Shown piece by piece: positions 46,722 through 55,896 of a DNA stretch of 64,000 nt (within the stretch, counting starts at the first letter, position 1; the number at the start of each line of letters is the position of its first letter). Location: assembly GCA_963777505.1 (NCBI GenBank), contig CAVZQN010000001.1, positions 384,001 to 448,000 of the forward strand. Reading direction: 5' to 3'. The notes below the pieces were generated by a model, which worked only from the letters and a program-made list of their open reading frames with translations, was not told where the DNA came from and ran no database searches. The position numbers were made by a program, and so were the translations under genes. This DNA is from an uncultured bacterium. GTDB taxonomy: Bacteria > Acidobacteriota > HRBIN11 > JAKEFK01.

Positions 46722-47573
46722 TTATAGATAGACTGTATTGTATAAATGGGTCATTTTACGGTCGGAATTGAAGTGCTTGGTAAGCAATGTCGTTGGATTT
46801 GCCGAAAAAATATTTCGATATGAAAAGCCCGAATACTTCTTCATCTCACGAATCAGATGAGCTTGATCATAGAAGCCGCATTCTGTAATTAATTCTGGCC
46901 AATCAGCTCCGCACTTTCTTCGATAAAGAGTCTTTTGAAATCGAACGATTTCGGCGAATTCTTTTGGACCAGTCCCCACTGTTCGCGCAAATCTCCGATG
47001 AAATTGACGTCTGCTCATATTCAATTCTTTTGCCAGAAGACTAATTGAGAGATTTCCCATTGCTCGATTCATTCTTTGAACAGCCCCCACAATAAGCGGG
47101 TCACAACGTTTCGCATTCAGCTTTTGCAATAAAAATGATTCAATCCGACGGATGCGTTCGTTTGATGTGGAGTGTTCATGAATCTGTTCTTCCAGTTCTC
47201 GAACTGATTGTTTGCAAGTAAGCAAATTCAAATCGATCGATACATTTGTCGCTTCATCAACCGAAAAATCAAAGAATGGTGCAAGACCCCAGGGAAAGAA
47301 GCGCACTATGATCATTCCGGTTTTACCTGTTGGGGCAACTTGAACGGGCCTGGTTTTTTGGCCGGAGATATACGTTAAAGGAAGCAGTTCACTTCGATCA
47401 ACATTTACCTGAACGAAAGGATCGGCGTAAATCAAAATCAAATCGATTGTAGTGGTGGGAAGAACCGTAGTCGGCCGATTATTTTGAGAGGCCTCTAAAT
47501 TTTCCTGGATCCAGAACTCCTCAATGAACGGGTGCAATTCGATTGATGGTTTTATGATGTGATAGTTGGCCAC
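46722..47573 (-). CDS. AraC family regulator (DUF6597-type N-terminus)
   Basis: LHPFIEEFW, IVRFFPWG, SRRQFHRRF...VGTGPK and GFYDQAHLIRE. Confidence 0.88.
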   Translation of the reverse strand: MANYHIIKPSIELHPFIEEFWIQENLEASQNNRPTTVLPTTTIDLILIYADPFVQVNVDRSELLPLTYISGQKTRPVQVAPTGKTGMIIVRFFPWGLAPFFDFSVDEATNVSIDLNLLTCKQSVRELEEQIHEHSTSNERIRRIESFLLQKLNAKRCDPLIVGAVQRMNRAMGNLSISLLAKELNMSRRQFHRRFARTVGTGPKEFAEIVRFQKTLYRRKCGADWPELITECGFYDQAHLIREMKKYSGFSYRNIFSANPTTLLTKHFNSDRKMTHLYNTVYL

Positions 47574-47607
47574 TGATGCCTCATTGTCTCACACGCTACT
47601 ACTCCCA

Positions 47608-47853
47608 CTAGATTGTACGTCCACCGTGTGATTTTGTTTTTTCCGGCTCGTACTGAAATACTTCTTCAAGCGGTTTGTTGAATACAAAAGCAATACGAAA
47701 CGCGAGATCGAGTGAAGGAGCATATTTACCTCCTTCAATTGCGACGATTGTTTGCCGCGTGACACCAACCTTGTTAGCGAGATCCTGCTGAGTCATCTCT
47801 CCTGCGTCGAATCGCAGCCTTCTAATATTGTTATGGATTTTGCCCGGTTCCAT
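47608..47853 (-). CDS. XRE/Cro-CI family transcriptional regulator
   Basis: NNIRRLR, MTQQDLANKVGVTRQTIVAIEGGKYAPSLDLAF and LEEVF. Confidence 0.92.
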   Translation of the reverse strand: MEPGKIHNNIRRLRFDAGEMTQQDLANKVGVTRQTIVAIEGGKYAPSLDLAFRIAFVFNKPLEEVFQYEPEKTKSHGGRTI

Positions 47854-47854
47854 A

Positions 47855-48304
47855 TCAATATCCACGTCTGTAGCTAACTACCTGAATGAGATAGTGTGCT
47901 ATTTCAGCTGCTACAAAACAGAACAGGACCACCTGACTCAAAAACGCCGAAATCAGCTTTTGTCCATGGAGTGTAGGCGCCGCGACAACATCAAAAAGAA
48001 ACACTAAACCGACCCCCATAAATATGAAGCATGCAAAAACGTAGTATGCGTACTTAAAAGCCTTTAATTCGATCATGACATCACGCTCATCTCTTTTTTC
48101 CTCTTTCGATCGAATTGAAATTGCGATGGATGCCCCTATCAAAAACACTGTTTGAAAAAACACAGCCGCAATAAACGGCATGACGAGCGCAGCTGCCGTC
48201 AGTTCTGCCCGATTCAGCAACCGCATTACATATGTGAAATAGGGAACGAAGACCACTATTGTGGTTATCAAACATAACCATGCACTCTTTTCTCTAAATG
48301 ACAT
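47855..48304 (-). CDS. Membrane protein (DUF2178-like), partner of the XRE regulator
   Basis: MSFREKSAW, DERD..I motif and four TM segments. Strong RBS aggagg before ATG at 48304. Confidence 0.78.
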   Translation of the reverse strand: MSFREKSAWLCLITTIVVFVPYFTYVMRLLNRAELTAAALVMPFIAAVFFQTVFLIGASIAISIRSKEEKRDERDVMIELKAFKYAYYVFACFIFMGVGLVFLFDVVAAPTLHGQKLISAFLSQVVLFCFVAAEIAHYLIQVVSYRRGY

Positions 48305-48318
48305 CTTCTCCTCCTGAA

Positions 48319-48378
48319 TGTCTAAAATATGCGACATATAGTACGTTAAATGATACATTATGTCAAATTTACCAGACA
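48319..48378 (-). promoter_or_regulatory. Sigma70 promoter overlapped by three phased operator-like sites
   Basis: Minus strand TTGACA-N17-TACTAT (48366 to 48338). TGTC-N10-GACA occurs at 48319 and 48361, with a degenerate copy at 48340. Confidence 0.7.
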
Positions 48379-48573
48379 CAGCGAGTGTGGCCTCAAGAGT
48401 GAAGATCGTGAGGGTCTCTTTGAACTGAAATCTTAAATCTGAATGAGTTTTTATTTTCGAATCGTGCGGATTTTAATTTTGAAATTTCTTATAAGAATTT
48501 CAATATTTGTACTTGCGTCATTTTCAAAAATCCTTATTATTGTGAAGCTCCATTCTTACCGAGGGGATTTACT

Positions 48574-48981
48574 ATGGGTTTTAAGATGACGATCGTAGAG
48601 AAAGATGGGTATTTGCATTTCCGTGTTTCGGGAAAAAATACTCCAGAGAATATTATCGACTACCTCGCTGAGGCTTATAAAGAATGCGTGAGACTGAACT
48701 GTCCTGTCGTATTAATTGAAGAGAATCTTCTTGGACCAAGCGTCAGCATGGCCGCAGCGTTAGATATTGTGGCAAAAGCCACCAAGCAGACATCTGAGTA
48801 CGTTCAACGAGTTGCTTTCGTTGATGTGAATCCTGAACACTCCAGTTCGTTGTTGAAGTTTGCAGAAACCGCTGCAATCTCTCGAGGCCTGAATATCCGG
48901 GTATTTTCTTCACTTTCGATTGCAGAAAAATGGATTTGCTTCCCCGATACTATGAATTTTGAATCCCCTCTGCTCTACTAA
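48574..48981 (+). CDS. Hypothetical protein (SpoIIAA/STAS-like)
   Basis: YLHFRVSG, VAFVD, FAETAAISRGLNIRVFSS..AEKW pattern. Confidence 0.68.
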   Translation: MGFKMTIVEKDGYLHFRVSGKNTPENIIDYLAEAYKECVRLNCPVVLIEENLLGPSVSMAAALDIVAKATKQTSEYVQRVAFVDVNPEHSSSLLKFAETAAISRGLNIRVFSSLSIAEKWICFPDTMNFESPLLY

Positions 48982-49075
48982 AATGTAACCCTTTGAAATA
49001 AAATCGGCGATGCATTCGCTCGGCAAGCAGCTAGTCGGAAACGCGTCAGTTCACGACGCGTAACTGAATTTGATG

Positions 49076-49990
49076 TTACGGTGTCTCTTCCGGGTTGAAT
49101 GGAGAATAACTCTTAAACTCCCACCGCAAATTGATGGCATGTGAACTTTCAATTGCTTCAATCATTTTGAATTCAACGATTCGTTCAGCCCCAGGAAATT
49201 CTTGAAGACGATTTAAATCCCAGATAATTTCAACCTTGCCGGTTAATTGCAAAGTGCTGCCGCTCTCAAAATCAATAAATAACAAACCGCAACCCGGATC
49301 AGCAGTTAGATTGCCCAGAGTTTGAAACATAGTATTTCCTGAATAATCCGGGAAAATGAACGTCTTCGAATTCTTAACTCGTATAAATCCTGGATTCCCT
49401 CCGCGATGGGAAGCATCTGCTCCTCCGTCCCGATGATGACTCGCAATGAAAAAAGTATCGGCATTCTGAATCAGTATTTTCTGGCTTTCACTCAGTTCGG
49501 CTGAATGCTGAACTCCTATGTTAGAAGGACTATTTCCTGCAACGATCTGCCACGTGCGTGCTTGAATGTACTTTGGACAATTTGCATAGACTTGTTCTGT
49601 GTGAATATAAATTTTAGAATCGTCACCGATTTCACCAATTCCATTGATCCGCATTCTGCGGCGCGTTGCAAACTCAATTACAATCATCCCGATTTCCGAT
49701 TTTGTCTTGAGATTTTTCATGAGCGGATCATCACGCAACGGTAACGCGTTGATTTGTACAGTCCGCTCATTAAGAGTACGCATGAATCCAGGATCGCCTG
49801 TTAATATCGATGCCCAAACCCTTCGATTTTGGTCAACTGAAGCAATAACAACCATCGGTTGGCTGCTCAGAAATTCTTGAGCAGCTAAGGGGATAGACGC
49901 GTGGATGGATTTACCGATTCGTGCTGACATCTCGCGAACACCGGCTCGCGTTTGAACCGCGAGTTCACCTTCGTGATAAATAGGCTTCAT
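49076..49990 (-). CDS. Pyridoxamine 5'-phosphate oxidase family protein (tandem domains)
   Basis: YHEGELAVQ, WASILTG.PGF, RRRMRING, NCPKYIQ, DASHRGGNPGF and PDYSGN. Confidence 0.9.
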   Translation of the reverse strand: MKPIYHEGELAVQTRAGVREMSARIGKSIHASIPLAAQEFLSSQPMVVIASVDQNRRVWASILTGDPGFMRTLNERTVQINALPLRDDPLMKNLKTKSEIGMIVIEFATRRRMRINGIGEIGDDSKIYIHTEQVYANCPKYIQARTWQIVAGNSPSNIGVQHSAELSESQKILIQNADTFFIASHHRDGGADASHRGGNPGFIRVKNSKTFIFPDYSGNTMFQTLGNLTADPGCGLLFIDFESGSTLQLTGKVEIIWDLNRLQEFPGAERIVEFKMIEAIESSHAINLRWEFKSYSPFNPEETP

Positions 49991-50016
49991 GGTGTCACAC
50001 CTTCCTAAAAAGTTTA

Positions 50017-50087
50017 ATAACCATCTATATTATGTTTTACAGGTTATACACGTTCATATAACTTGTCAAGTGCTCTTTTGGAGGTTA
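50017..50087. promoter_or_regulatory. Two TAAC(C/T)-N19-GGTTA palindromes, candidate ABATE/CGNR operator
   Basis: Copies at 50018-50046 and 50059-50087, in the divergent intergenic region. Confidence 0.6.
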
Positions 50088-50100
50088 GAATCACATTGAA

Positions 50101-50703
50101 ATGACTAAGAGATTCATTATTATCGGAGACAATCTGAGTCTGGATTTTCTGAATACCCAGATTGTTGACGAAGGTAAGCCGAAAGATTTGCTCGCAAATT
50201 TTGAGGACTTTCTCGCCTGGCAGATTACAACTCGATTGCTTGAAGCATCGGAAGCTGATGAGTTGAGTAAAAGGTGGGCTAAGCGCAGGGAGACTCAAGA
50301 ACTATTTCGAGAAATTATTGATTTTCGAAAAATGCTGCGCAAAACTGTCGACTCACTGATCAGAGGGAAATCCATTCCTTCTTCTGCACTTCAGAGGATC
50401 AACGAAGTCTTGCATTTTGGATATGGCTATCACGAACTCGTAAAAACAAAACGAGGTTTTGAAAAACGCCTCAGGACCGACTTTCAAGAACCCAAAGAGC
50501 TCTTGCTGCCGATTGCAGAATCAGCTGCCGATTTACTCTCTTATGGTAATCGAGCTAATTTAAGAAAATGCGAAAATTCACAATGCATTTTGTATTTTTA
50601 CGACACGACAAAAAATCACAGGCGCCGCTGGTGCAGTATGAGTGGCTGCGGAAATCGCGCGAAAGCAGCCGCATTTTACAAGCGTAAACGAAATCAGTCT
50701 TGA
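50101..50703 (+). CDS. ABATE domain / CGNR zinc finger regulator
   Basis: LSLDFLNT and LRKCENSQCILYFYDTTKNHRRRWCSMSGCGNRAK. Confidence 0.93.
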   Translation: MTKRFIIIGDNLSLDFLNTQIVDEGKPKDLLANFEDFLAWQITTRLLEASEADELSKRWAKRRETQELFREIIDFRKMLRKTVDSLIRGKSIPSSALQRINEVLHFGYGYHELVKTKRGFEKRLRTDFQEPKELLLPIAESAADLLSYGNRANLRKCENSQCILYFYDTTKNHRRRWCSMSGCGNRAKAAAFYKRKRNQS

Positions 50704-50846
50704 CGAGACAAACATACCTATCATTTGATAGGTGCTCTTTTAGTCCTGGATGGCTAGAATTACTCAATGTTGTGCTTCAGAGATTAATTTCACTGAAGAA
50801 GAAAATAATAGTGAACTCTGCAACAAACCTCGACTTGGAGGCAACT

Positions 50847-52466
50847 ATGAAAACTCTATCAATTTCTATTTTGTTATTTTTTGCAACAACTTTTACTGCA
50901 TTTGCAGATTCTAAGCACCAGCATTCCTCTTATGGAGACAAGCTAGGGACCGTACATTTTGAAGTTTCCTGCAATGATGAAGCAAAACCTTTTTTCATGA
51001 ACGGGCTCGCATTGCTGCACCATATGACTTATGAAGGCGCTGAGGCCGAATTTGGAAATGCGATAAAAGCAGATCCAGATTGTGCAATGGGATATTGGGG
51101 TCAGGCGATGACATATATTCATCCGTTATGGAATGACCCTCCAACAGAAGACAAATTCAAGAAAGCTCAATCTTTGTTGTCTGAAGCAAGAAATCGTGGA
51201 AAGAAAACTGCGCAAGAGATAGCGTACATCGATGCTGCGGACGCATATTTTTCAAAAGGGAAAAATCCAAAAGAGACTTACAATCTGGCCGGCTTTGAAA
51301 AAGGCTGGGAAAAAGTTTACACACAGTTTCCGGAAGATCTGGAAGCTGCTTGTTTTTATGCTCTCTCACAATTAGGTACAGCAGACCCGGGAGATAAAAC
51401 TTTTTCAGCACAAAAAAGAGCGGGTGAAATCGTGGAAAAGGTTTTAGCAAAAGAACCGGATCATCCTGGAGCGCATCATTACATCATTCATGCATATGAT
51501 GTGCCTCCGCTTGCTCCGAAAGCTCTGAATGTGGCGCGGACTTACGGAAAAATCGCGCCGGATGTTCCGCATGCTTTGCATATGCCGACCCATATTTTTA
51601 CGCGCTTAGGACTCTGGCAAGAATCGATAGACTACAACACGAAATCTGGCAACACCGCACTTCATCATCCTGTTGGAGGCGCAATCTCGCTGCACCATCT
51701 TCATGCACTCGATTACCTTGCTTATGCATATCTTCAAATCGGAGAGGATCAAAAGGCAAAAGAAGTTTTGGAAAGCATGCGGCAGCTCAAAGGACCATTT
51801 CAAGTTGAAATGGCAACACCCTACACACTTGCGGCGGTGCCCGCACGAATCACAATCGAGCGGAAACAATGGTCTGAAGCTGCGGCATTGAAACCGAGAA
51901 CTCCGGAAAACTTTCCCTGGGAAAAATTCCCTGCACTTGAAGCAATCACTTATTTCGCAAAGGCATTAGGCGCTGCACAAATCGGCAATACTGCAGAAGC
52001 ACAGAAGTCTATCGATCATTTAAAAACACTCCAAGATCAAGCGGCAGCGGCTTCCCCTTATTGGGGCAAACAAGTTGAAATTCAACGGGAGTCAGCGATC
52101 GCATTGTTGAAGTATAAACAGGGACAAAGAGAAGAAGCGCTTGTAACGATGCGCCATGCTGCAGAATTAGAAGCTTCAACAGAAAAACATCCTGTCACTC
52201 CGGGGGAAATCATCCCTGCACGTGAATTATTGGCCGGCATGCTGCTTGAAATGAAGCAATACAAGGAAGCGCAAACAGAATACGAAACTGCCCTGGCAAG
52301 AAGTCCGAACCGATTGAATGGATTGTATGGAGCAGGCCGTGCTGCGGAACTTGGTGGCGATCAAGAAAAAGCAGCTTTGTACTATAAAAAGCTGCTAGAA
52401 ATTGCTCCGAAAGCAGACACGCTCGAAGATGTGCAGAAAGCGAAAGCATTTCTCGCTTCAAAGTAA
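50847..52466 (+). CDS. Secreted TPR-like protein with His-rich motifs
   Basis: Signal peptide, LGTVHFEVSC, DPDCAMGYWG, HPGAHHYIIH, PHALHMPTHIF and C-terminal TPRs. Confidence 0.85.
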   Translation: MKTLSISILLFFATTFTAFADSKHQHSSYGDKLGTVHFEVSCNDEAKPFFMNGLALLHHMTYEGAEAEFGNAIKADPDCAMGYWGQAMTYIHPLWNDPPTEDKFKKAQSLLSEARNRGKKTAQEIAYIDAADAYFSKGKNPKETYNLAGFEKGWEKVYTQFPEDLEAACFYALSQLGTADPGDKTFSAQKRAGEIVEKVLAKEPDHPGAHHYIIHAYDVPPLAPKALNVARTYGKIAPDVPHALHMPTHIFTRLGLWQESIDYNTKSGNTALHHPVGGAISLHHLHALDYLAYAYLQIGEDQKAKEVLESMRQLKGPFQVEMATPYTLAAVPARITIERKQWSEAAALKPRTPENFPWEKFPALEAITYFAKALGAAQIGNTAEAQKSIDHLKTLQDQAAAASPYWGKQVEIQRESAIALLKYKQGQREEALVTMRHAAELEASTEKHPVTPGEIIPARELLAGMLLEMKQYKEAQTEYETALARSPNRLNGLYGAGRAAELGGDQEKAALYYKKLLEIAPKADTLEDVQKAKAFLASK

Positions 52467-52469
52467 CTG

Positions 52470-52543
52470 GTAGGGGCGGCCCTTGTGGCCGCCCTCAGCC
52501 ATCGTTCACAAGTAACGCGGGCGACCACAAGGGTCGCCCCTAC
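52470..52543. repeat. GTAG-type REP doublet (REPIN-like) between convergent genes
   Basis: gtaggggcggcccttgtggccgccc at 52470-52494 and its inverted copy gggcgaccacaagggtcgcccctac at 52519-52543. Confidence 0.8.
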
Positions 52544-52548
52544 AAATG

Positions 52549-55218
52549 CTATTCGTAACGCAGGGCTACAGTAGGATCAATTTTTGTTGCACGCCGTGCC
52601 GGAATATAGCAAGCAAAAAGTGCGACAACCATGAGGAGTGCAGGCACACCTAAATATGTGATAGGGTCAACCGCACTAAGGCCGAACAACATATTTCGAG
52701 TGAGTCGTGTTAACGCTAATGCAATGGCCAGTCCAAGAGTTGCACCGACTACAACCAGTATCATTCCCTGTCCGATAGTGAGCCGCATCACATCAGCTGC
52801 TTTGGCTCCTAATGCCACGCGTATTCCAATTTCCTGTGTGCGAGTTGAAACCGCGTAGGACATCACTCCATAAATTCCAATCGCTGCCAGAATAAGAGCT
52901 AGAATTCCGAAGGCCCCCAAAACAGATGCTGCAACGCGTGCAGGCATAAGCGGTGCGCTCATCTTTTCGATCATTGTTTTGACGCTTGAAAGCGGCATAT
53001 TTGGATCAAGTTTTTCAATCTCTTTACGAACCACAGAGATCAGTCTTTGCGGCTGCGCATTCGTTCTAACGATTACTGTCGTAGAGCCTGAATAATCCTG
53101 CGTGATTGGGCGGCAATAATAGAGTTGAGCTTTTTCATTCAAGCCGCCGTATTTTCCATCCTGAACAACACCAATAATTTGCATTTTGGGCTCTTCTGAA
53201 CTGCCAGCACTGAATCTTTTTCCGATTGGATCCTGGTTAGGCCAGTATCGCTTCGCAAAGGTTTCGTTAATGATTGTGACGGGTTGCGCATTTTCATCAT
53301 CTTGATTTGTGAAGTCACGGCCGCGAACGATGCGAGTATTCATTGCTGCAAAATAGCCAGGGCTGATCCGGCTTGTCATAGCGTAAGGCGCCTGCATCTT
53401 ACGCACCGAAGGTTGTCCTTCAACAAAAATTGCTTCCCTTGAAAAATGAAGATCCACAGGAACAAGATCAACAATTCCCGCAGCTTTTACACCGGGCAGA
53501 GCGCGTAGACGTTCTAACAATTGTTTTTGGAATTCACGGCCGCGCGCCTGATCATAACCTTGCAATCGAAGATCGAATGAAGCAGCAATTGCATTTTGAG
53601 GATCAAACCCGAGATTGATTGAATATGCACGTTGAAGCGCGCGCAGCATCAAGCCAGCACCCACCAGGAGTACAAGCGAGAGCACAACCTGAAAAACAAT
53701 CAAACTGCTTTTTAACCATGATCTGCGATATGAGCCAAATGAAGATTTATCCTTCAATGCATTTTGGACATCGACCTTCGTTGTTTGCAACGCAGGAAGC
53801 AATCCAATGAGCACAGCGGTAACAAGTGAAATCAGAAACGTGAAAATGAGCACACGATAATCGATATGTAAATCAATATTCAGCGGAACATCCATTGGCG
53901 GCTTGAATACGACGGCAAGTCTTACAAACCAGAATCCGAGCAACAGTCCGCAGATCCCGCTGCCGATCGCGAGAAGCAAACTTTCCGACATTAATTGCCA
54001 GATAAGCCGCGACCTACTTGCGCCTAACGCAAGATGCACAGCAATTTCTTTTCTCCGTGTCGTAGCACGTGCCAATAAAAGGTTCGCAAGATTCGTACAG
54101 GCAAGCATCAGCACAAATGCAACAACTCCCATTAAGACTCCTGTGAATCCAATCACCTTTCCTCGCATCATCCCACCCATGAATCCCGGCTTTCCTAGCG
54201 AAGCTCTCTTGCCTTCATTTTCATTCGGGTGCTCTTTTTCTAACTGCGCAGAAATTGCATGAATCTCTGCTTGGGCACGTTCATTAGTCATTTCAGATTT
54301 AAGACGACCCTGCACGAAAATGCTTTGAGTTTCCCGATCATCTAACCAGTCTCTTCCAATATCAATTTGCGCTTGCATCATCATTGGGAACCACAATTCA
54401 GGCGCAGAAATTATTTCCGTTCCATAAAAACCTTTTGGCGCAACACCAATCACAGAGTAGCTACGGCCATTCACGATAAGATTTTTTCCAATGATTTTTG
54501 GATCAGCGCCAAAACGCTGCTGCCATGATCGATAACTGAGGACTGTAACTGGATGACCACCAGGAAGTCGATCATCTTCCACCGAGATGACACGTCCAAT
54601 AGCTGCCTTGATACCGAGAACTTGAAAATAATTGCCGCTGACAAGATATCCCCAAACTCTTTCATTGATCCCATCGTGGCTGATGCTCAATGGAGCAAAA
54701 CGATATGCGATCAAGCCGTCAAAGACTTTGTTTCTATCACGAAAATCTTTGTAATTTGGATATGAAAATACCGGGAACATTCTGTTTTCTACCGAATTCG
54801 TTAATGAAACCAGCTCAGCTGGCTCTTGAATTGGCAAAGGACGCAATGCTGCAGTATTAAAAATGCTAAAAATTGCGGCATTTGCTCCGATACCCAGAGC
54901 AAGCGACAAGATTGCAATCGCTGTTATTCCGGGACTCTTGCTCAACCGTCGCAGACTGTAGCGAAAATCTCTAAGGATGGTCTCTATCAATGGAATTCTC
55001 CTTTGTGCGCGATGATTCTCTTTTGTCGATTCGATCCCGCCTAACTTGATCACTGCCTGGCGCCGGGCTTCATCGGGAGCCATTCCTGAACGTACGAAGT
55101 CATCGATATGCATCTGAAGATGGCACTCTAACTCTTCTTGAAAATCACGATCCTGTTTTTCGTAGCTGAAGAAACCACCTAACCGCACGAACCAGGATCG
55201 CAAACCTCGAAGATTCAC
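52549..55218 (-). CDS. Duplicated ABC permease (acidobacterial ADOP type, MacB/FtsX domains)
   Basis: ELECHL...GM.PDEARRQA prefix, LALGIGANAAIFS, LACTNLANLLL, EIGIRVALGA and terminal DPTVALRYE. GTG overlaps the padR stop. Confidence 0.92.
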   Translation of the reverse strand: MNLRGLRSWFVRLGGFFSYEKQDRDFQEELECHLQMHIDDFVRSGMAPDEARRQAVIKLGGIESTKENHRAQRRIPLIETILRDFRYSLRRLSKSPGITAIAILSLALGIGANAAIFSIFNTAALRPLPIQEPAELVSLTNSVENRMFPVFSYPNYKDFRDRNKVFDGLIAYRFAPLSISHDGINERVWGYLVSGNYFQVLGIKAAIGRVISVEDDRLPGGHPVTVLSYRSWQQRFGADPKIIGKNLIVNGRSYSVIGVAPKGFYGTEIISAPELWFPMMMQAQIDIGRDWLDDRETQSIFVQGRLKSEMTNERAQAEIHAISAQLEKEHPNENEGKRASLGKPGFMGGMMRGKVIGFTGVLMGVVAFVLMLACTNLANLLLARATTRRKEIAVHLALGASRSRLIWQLMSESLLLAIGSGICGLLLGFWFVRLAVVFKPPMDVPLNIDLHIDYRVLIFTFLISLVTAVLIGLLPALQTTKVDVQNALKDKSSFGSYRRSWLKSSLIVFQVVLSLVLLVGAGLMLRALQRAYSINLGFDPQNAIAASFDLRLQGYDQARGREFQKQLLERLRALPGVKAAGIVDLVPVDLHFSREAIFVEGQPSVRKMQAPYAMTSRISPGYFAAMNTRIVRGRDFTNQDDENAQPVTIINETFAKRYWPNQDPIGKRFSAGSSEEPKMQIIGVVQDGKYGGLNEKAQLYYCRPITQDYSGSTTVIVRTNAQPQRLISVVRKEIEKLDPNMPLSSVKTMIEKMSAPLMPARVAASVLGAFGILALILAAIGIYGVMSYAVSTRTQEIGIRVALGAKAADVMRLTIGQGMILVVVGATLGLAIALALTRLTRNMLFGLSAVDPITYLGVPALLMVVALFACYIPARRATKIDPTVALRYE

Positions 55219-55559
55219 CGAGACTCCTTTGCTGCGTGAAAAAACCGCGCAACAATGGCTGCTGTTTGGTTCCAATCGCTCGCTTCCTTTGCAAGTTGCT
55301 TGCGTCCTGCACGTGTTAATCTGTAATACTTCGCCTTACGATTATTCTCAGATATTCCCCATTCTGATTTGATGTACGATTCTTGTTCCAATTTCAACAG
55401 CGCAGGATAAAGCGTCCCATAATTGATAGAAAGAAGTTCTCCACTGATTTGCTCTATGCGTCGAGCGATACCGTATCCATGCAACGGCCCCATCACATCC
55501 AGTGTCTTTAACACCATCAACGCAAGAGTACCCTGCAAAACGTCAGTTTTATCCGACAT
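55215..55559 (-). CDS. PadR family regulator (acidobacterial type)
   Basis: LQGTLALMVLKTL, HGYGIARRIEQ, GTLYPAL and SENNRKAKYY. Confidence 0.95.
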   Translation of the reverse strand: MSDKTDVLQGTLALMVLKTLDVMGPLHGYGIARRIEQISGELLSINYGTLYPALLKLEQESYIKSEWGISENNRKAKYYRLTRAGRKQLAKEASDWNQTAAIVARFFHAAKESR

Positions 55560-55565
55560 AGTTGA

Positions 55566-55621
55566 CTCCTATGGTTTTCAAATAGGAGAATCTCATACTT
55601 CCTATTGGAATTCAATAGGAA
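55566..55621. promoter_or_regulatory. Tandem CCTAT-N9-ATAGG palindromes, candidate PadR operator
   Basis: ctcctat-N9-ataggag at 55566-55588 overlaps the RBS; ttcctatt-N7-aataggaa lies at 55599-55621. Confidence 0.65.
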
Positions 55622-55896
55622 CAAGGATCAGGATTGCGCTTCGTGTCACATTTCGGGCGACGCGTTTGCACTAATCTTCGCAATATCGTTCGAACATTCT
55701 TTATGCCCACGACAAAAGCAATACAACTGCACAGTTTCTTACGTAAAAACGACCTCTCGCATATCTACTATTAGAATTCAGCATGAAAAGACCATTTTTT
55801 GCGCCTAATTTAAGATTGTGCAGGTTGATTCTGTTGGTTATTATAGAGTCAACCACATTCCAGGACCGGACCAGATTTAGTTAGGAGGAAGAAGAG

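Noticed and set aside
48478-48505. AT-rich palindrome gaaatttcttataagaatttc
   Set aside because: It is a single low-complexity palindrome in an AT-rich gap, with no second copy or assignable regulator.
50700-50846. N-terminal extension of the TPR-like ORF
   Set aside because: The ATG at 50847 has a ggagg RBS and is followed directly by a signal peptide.
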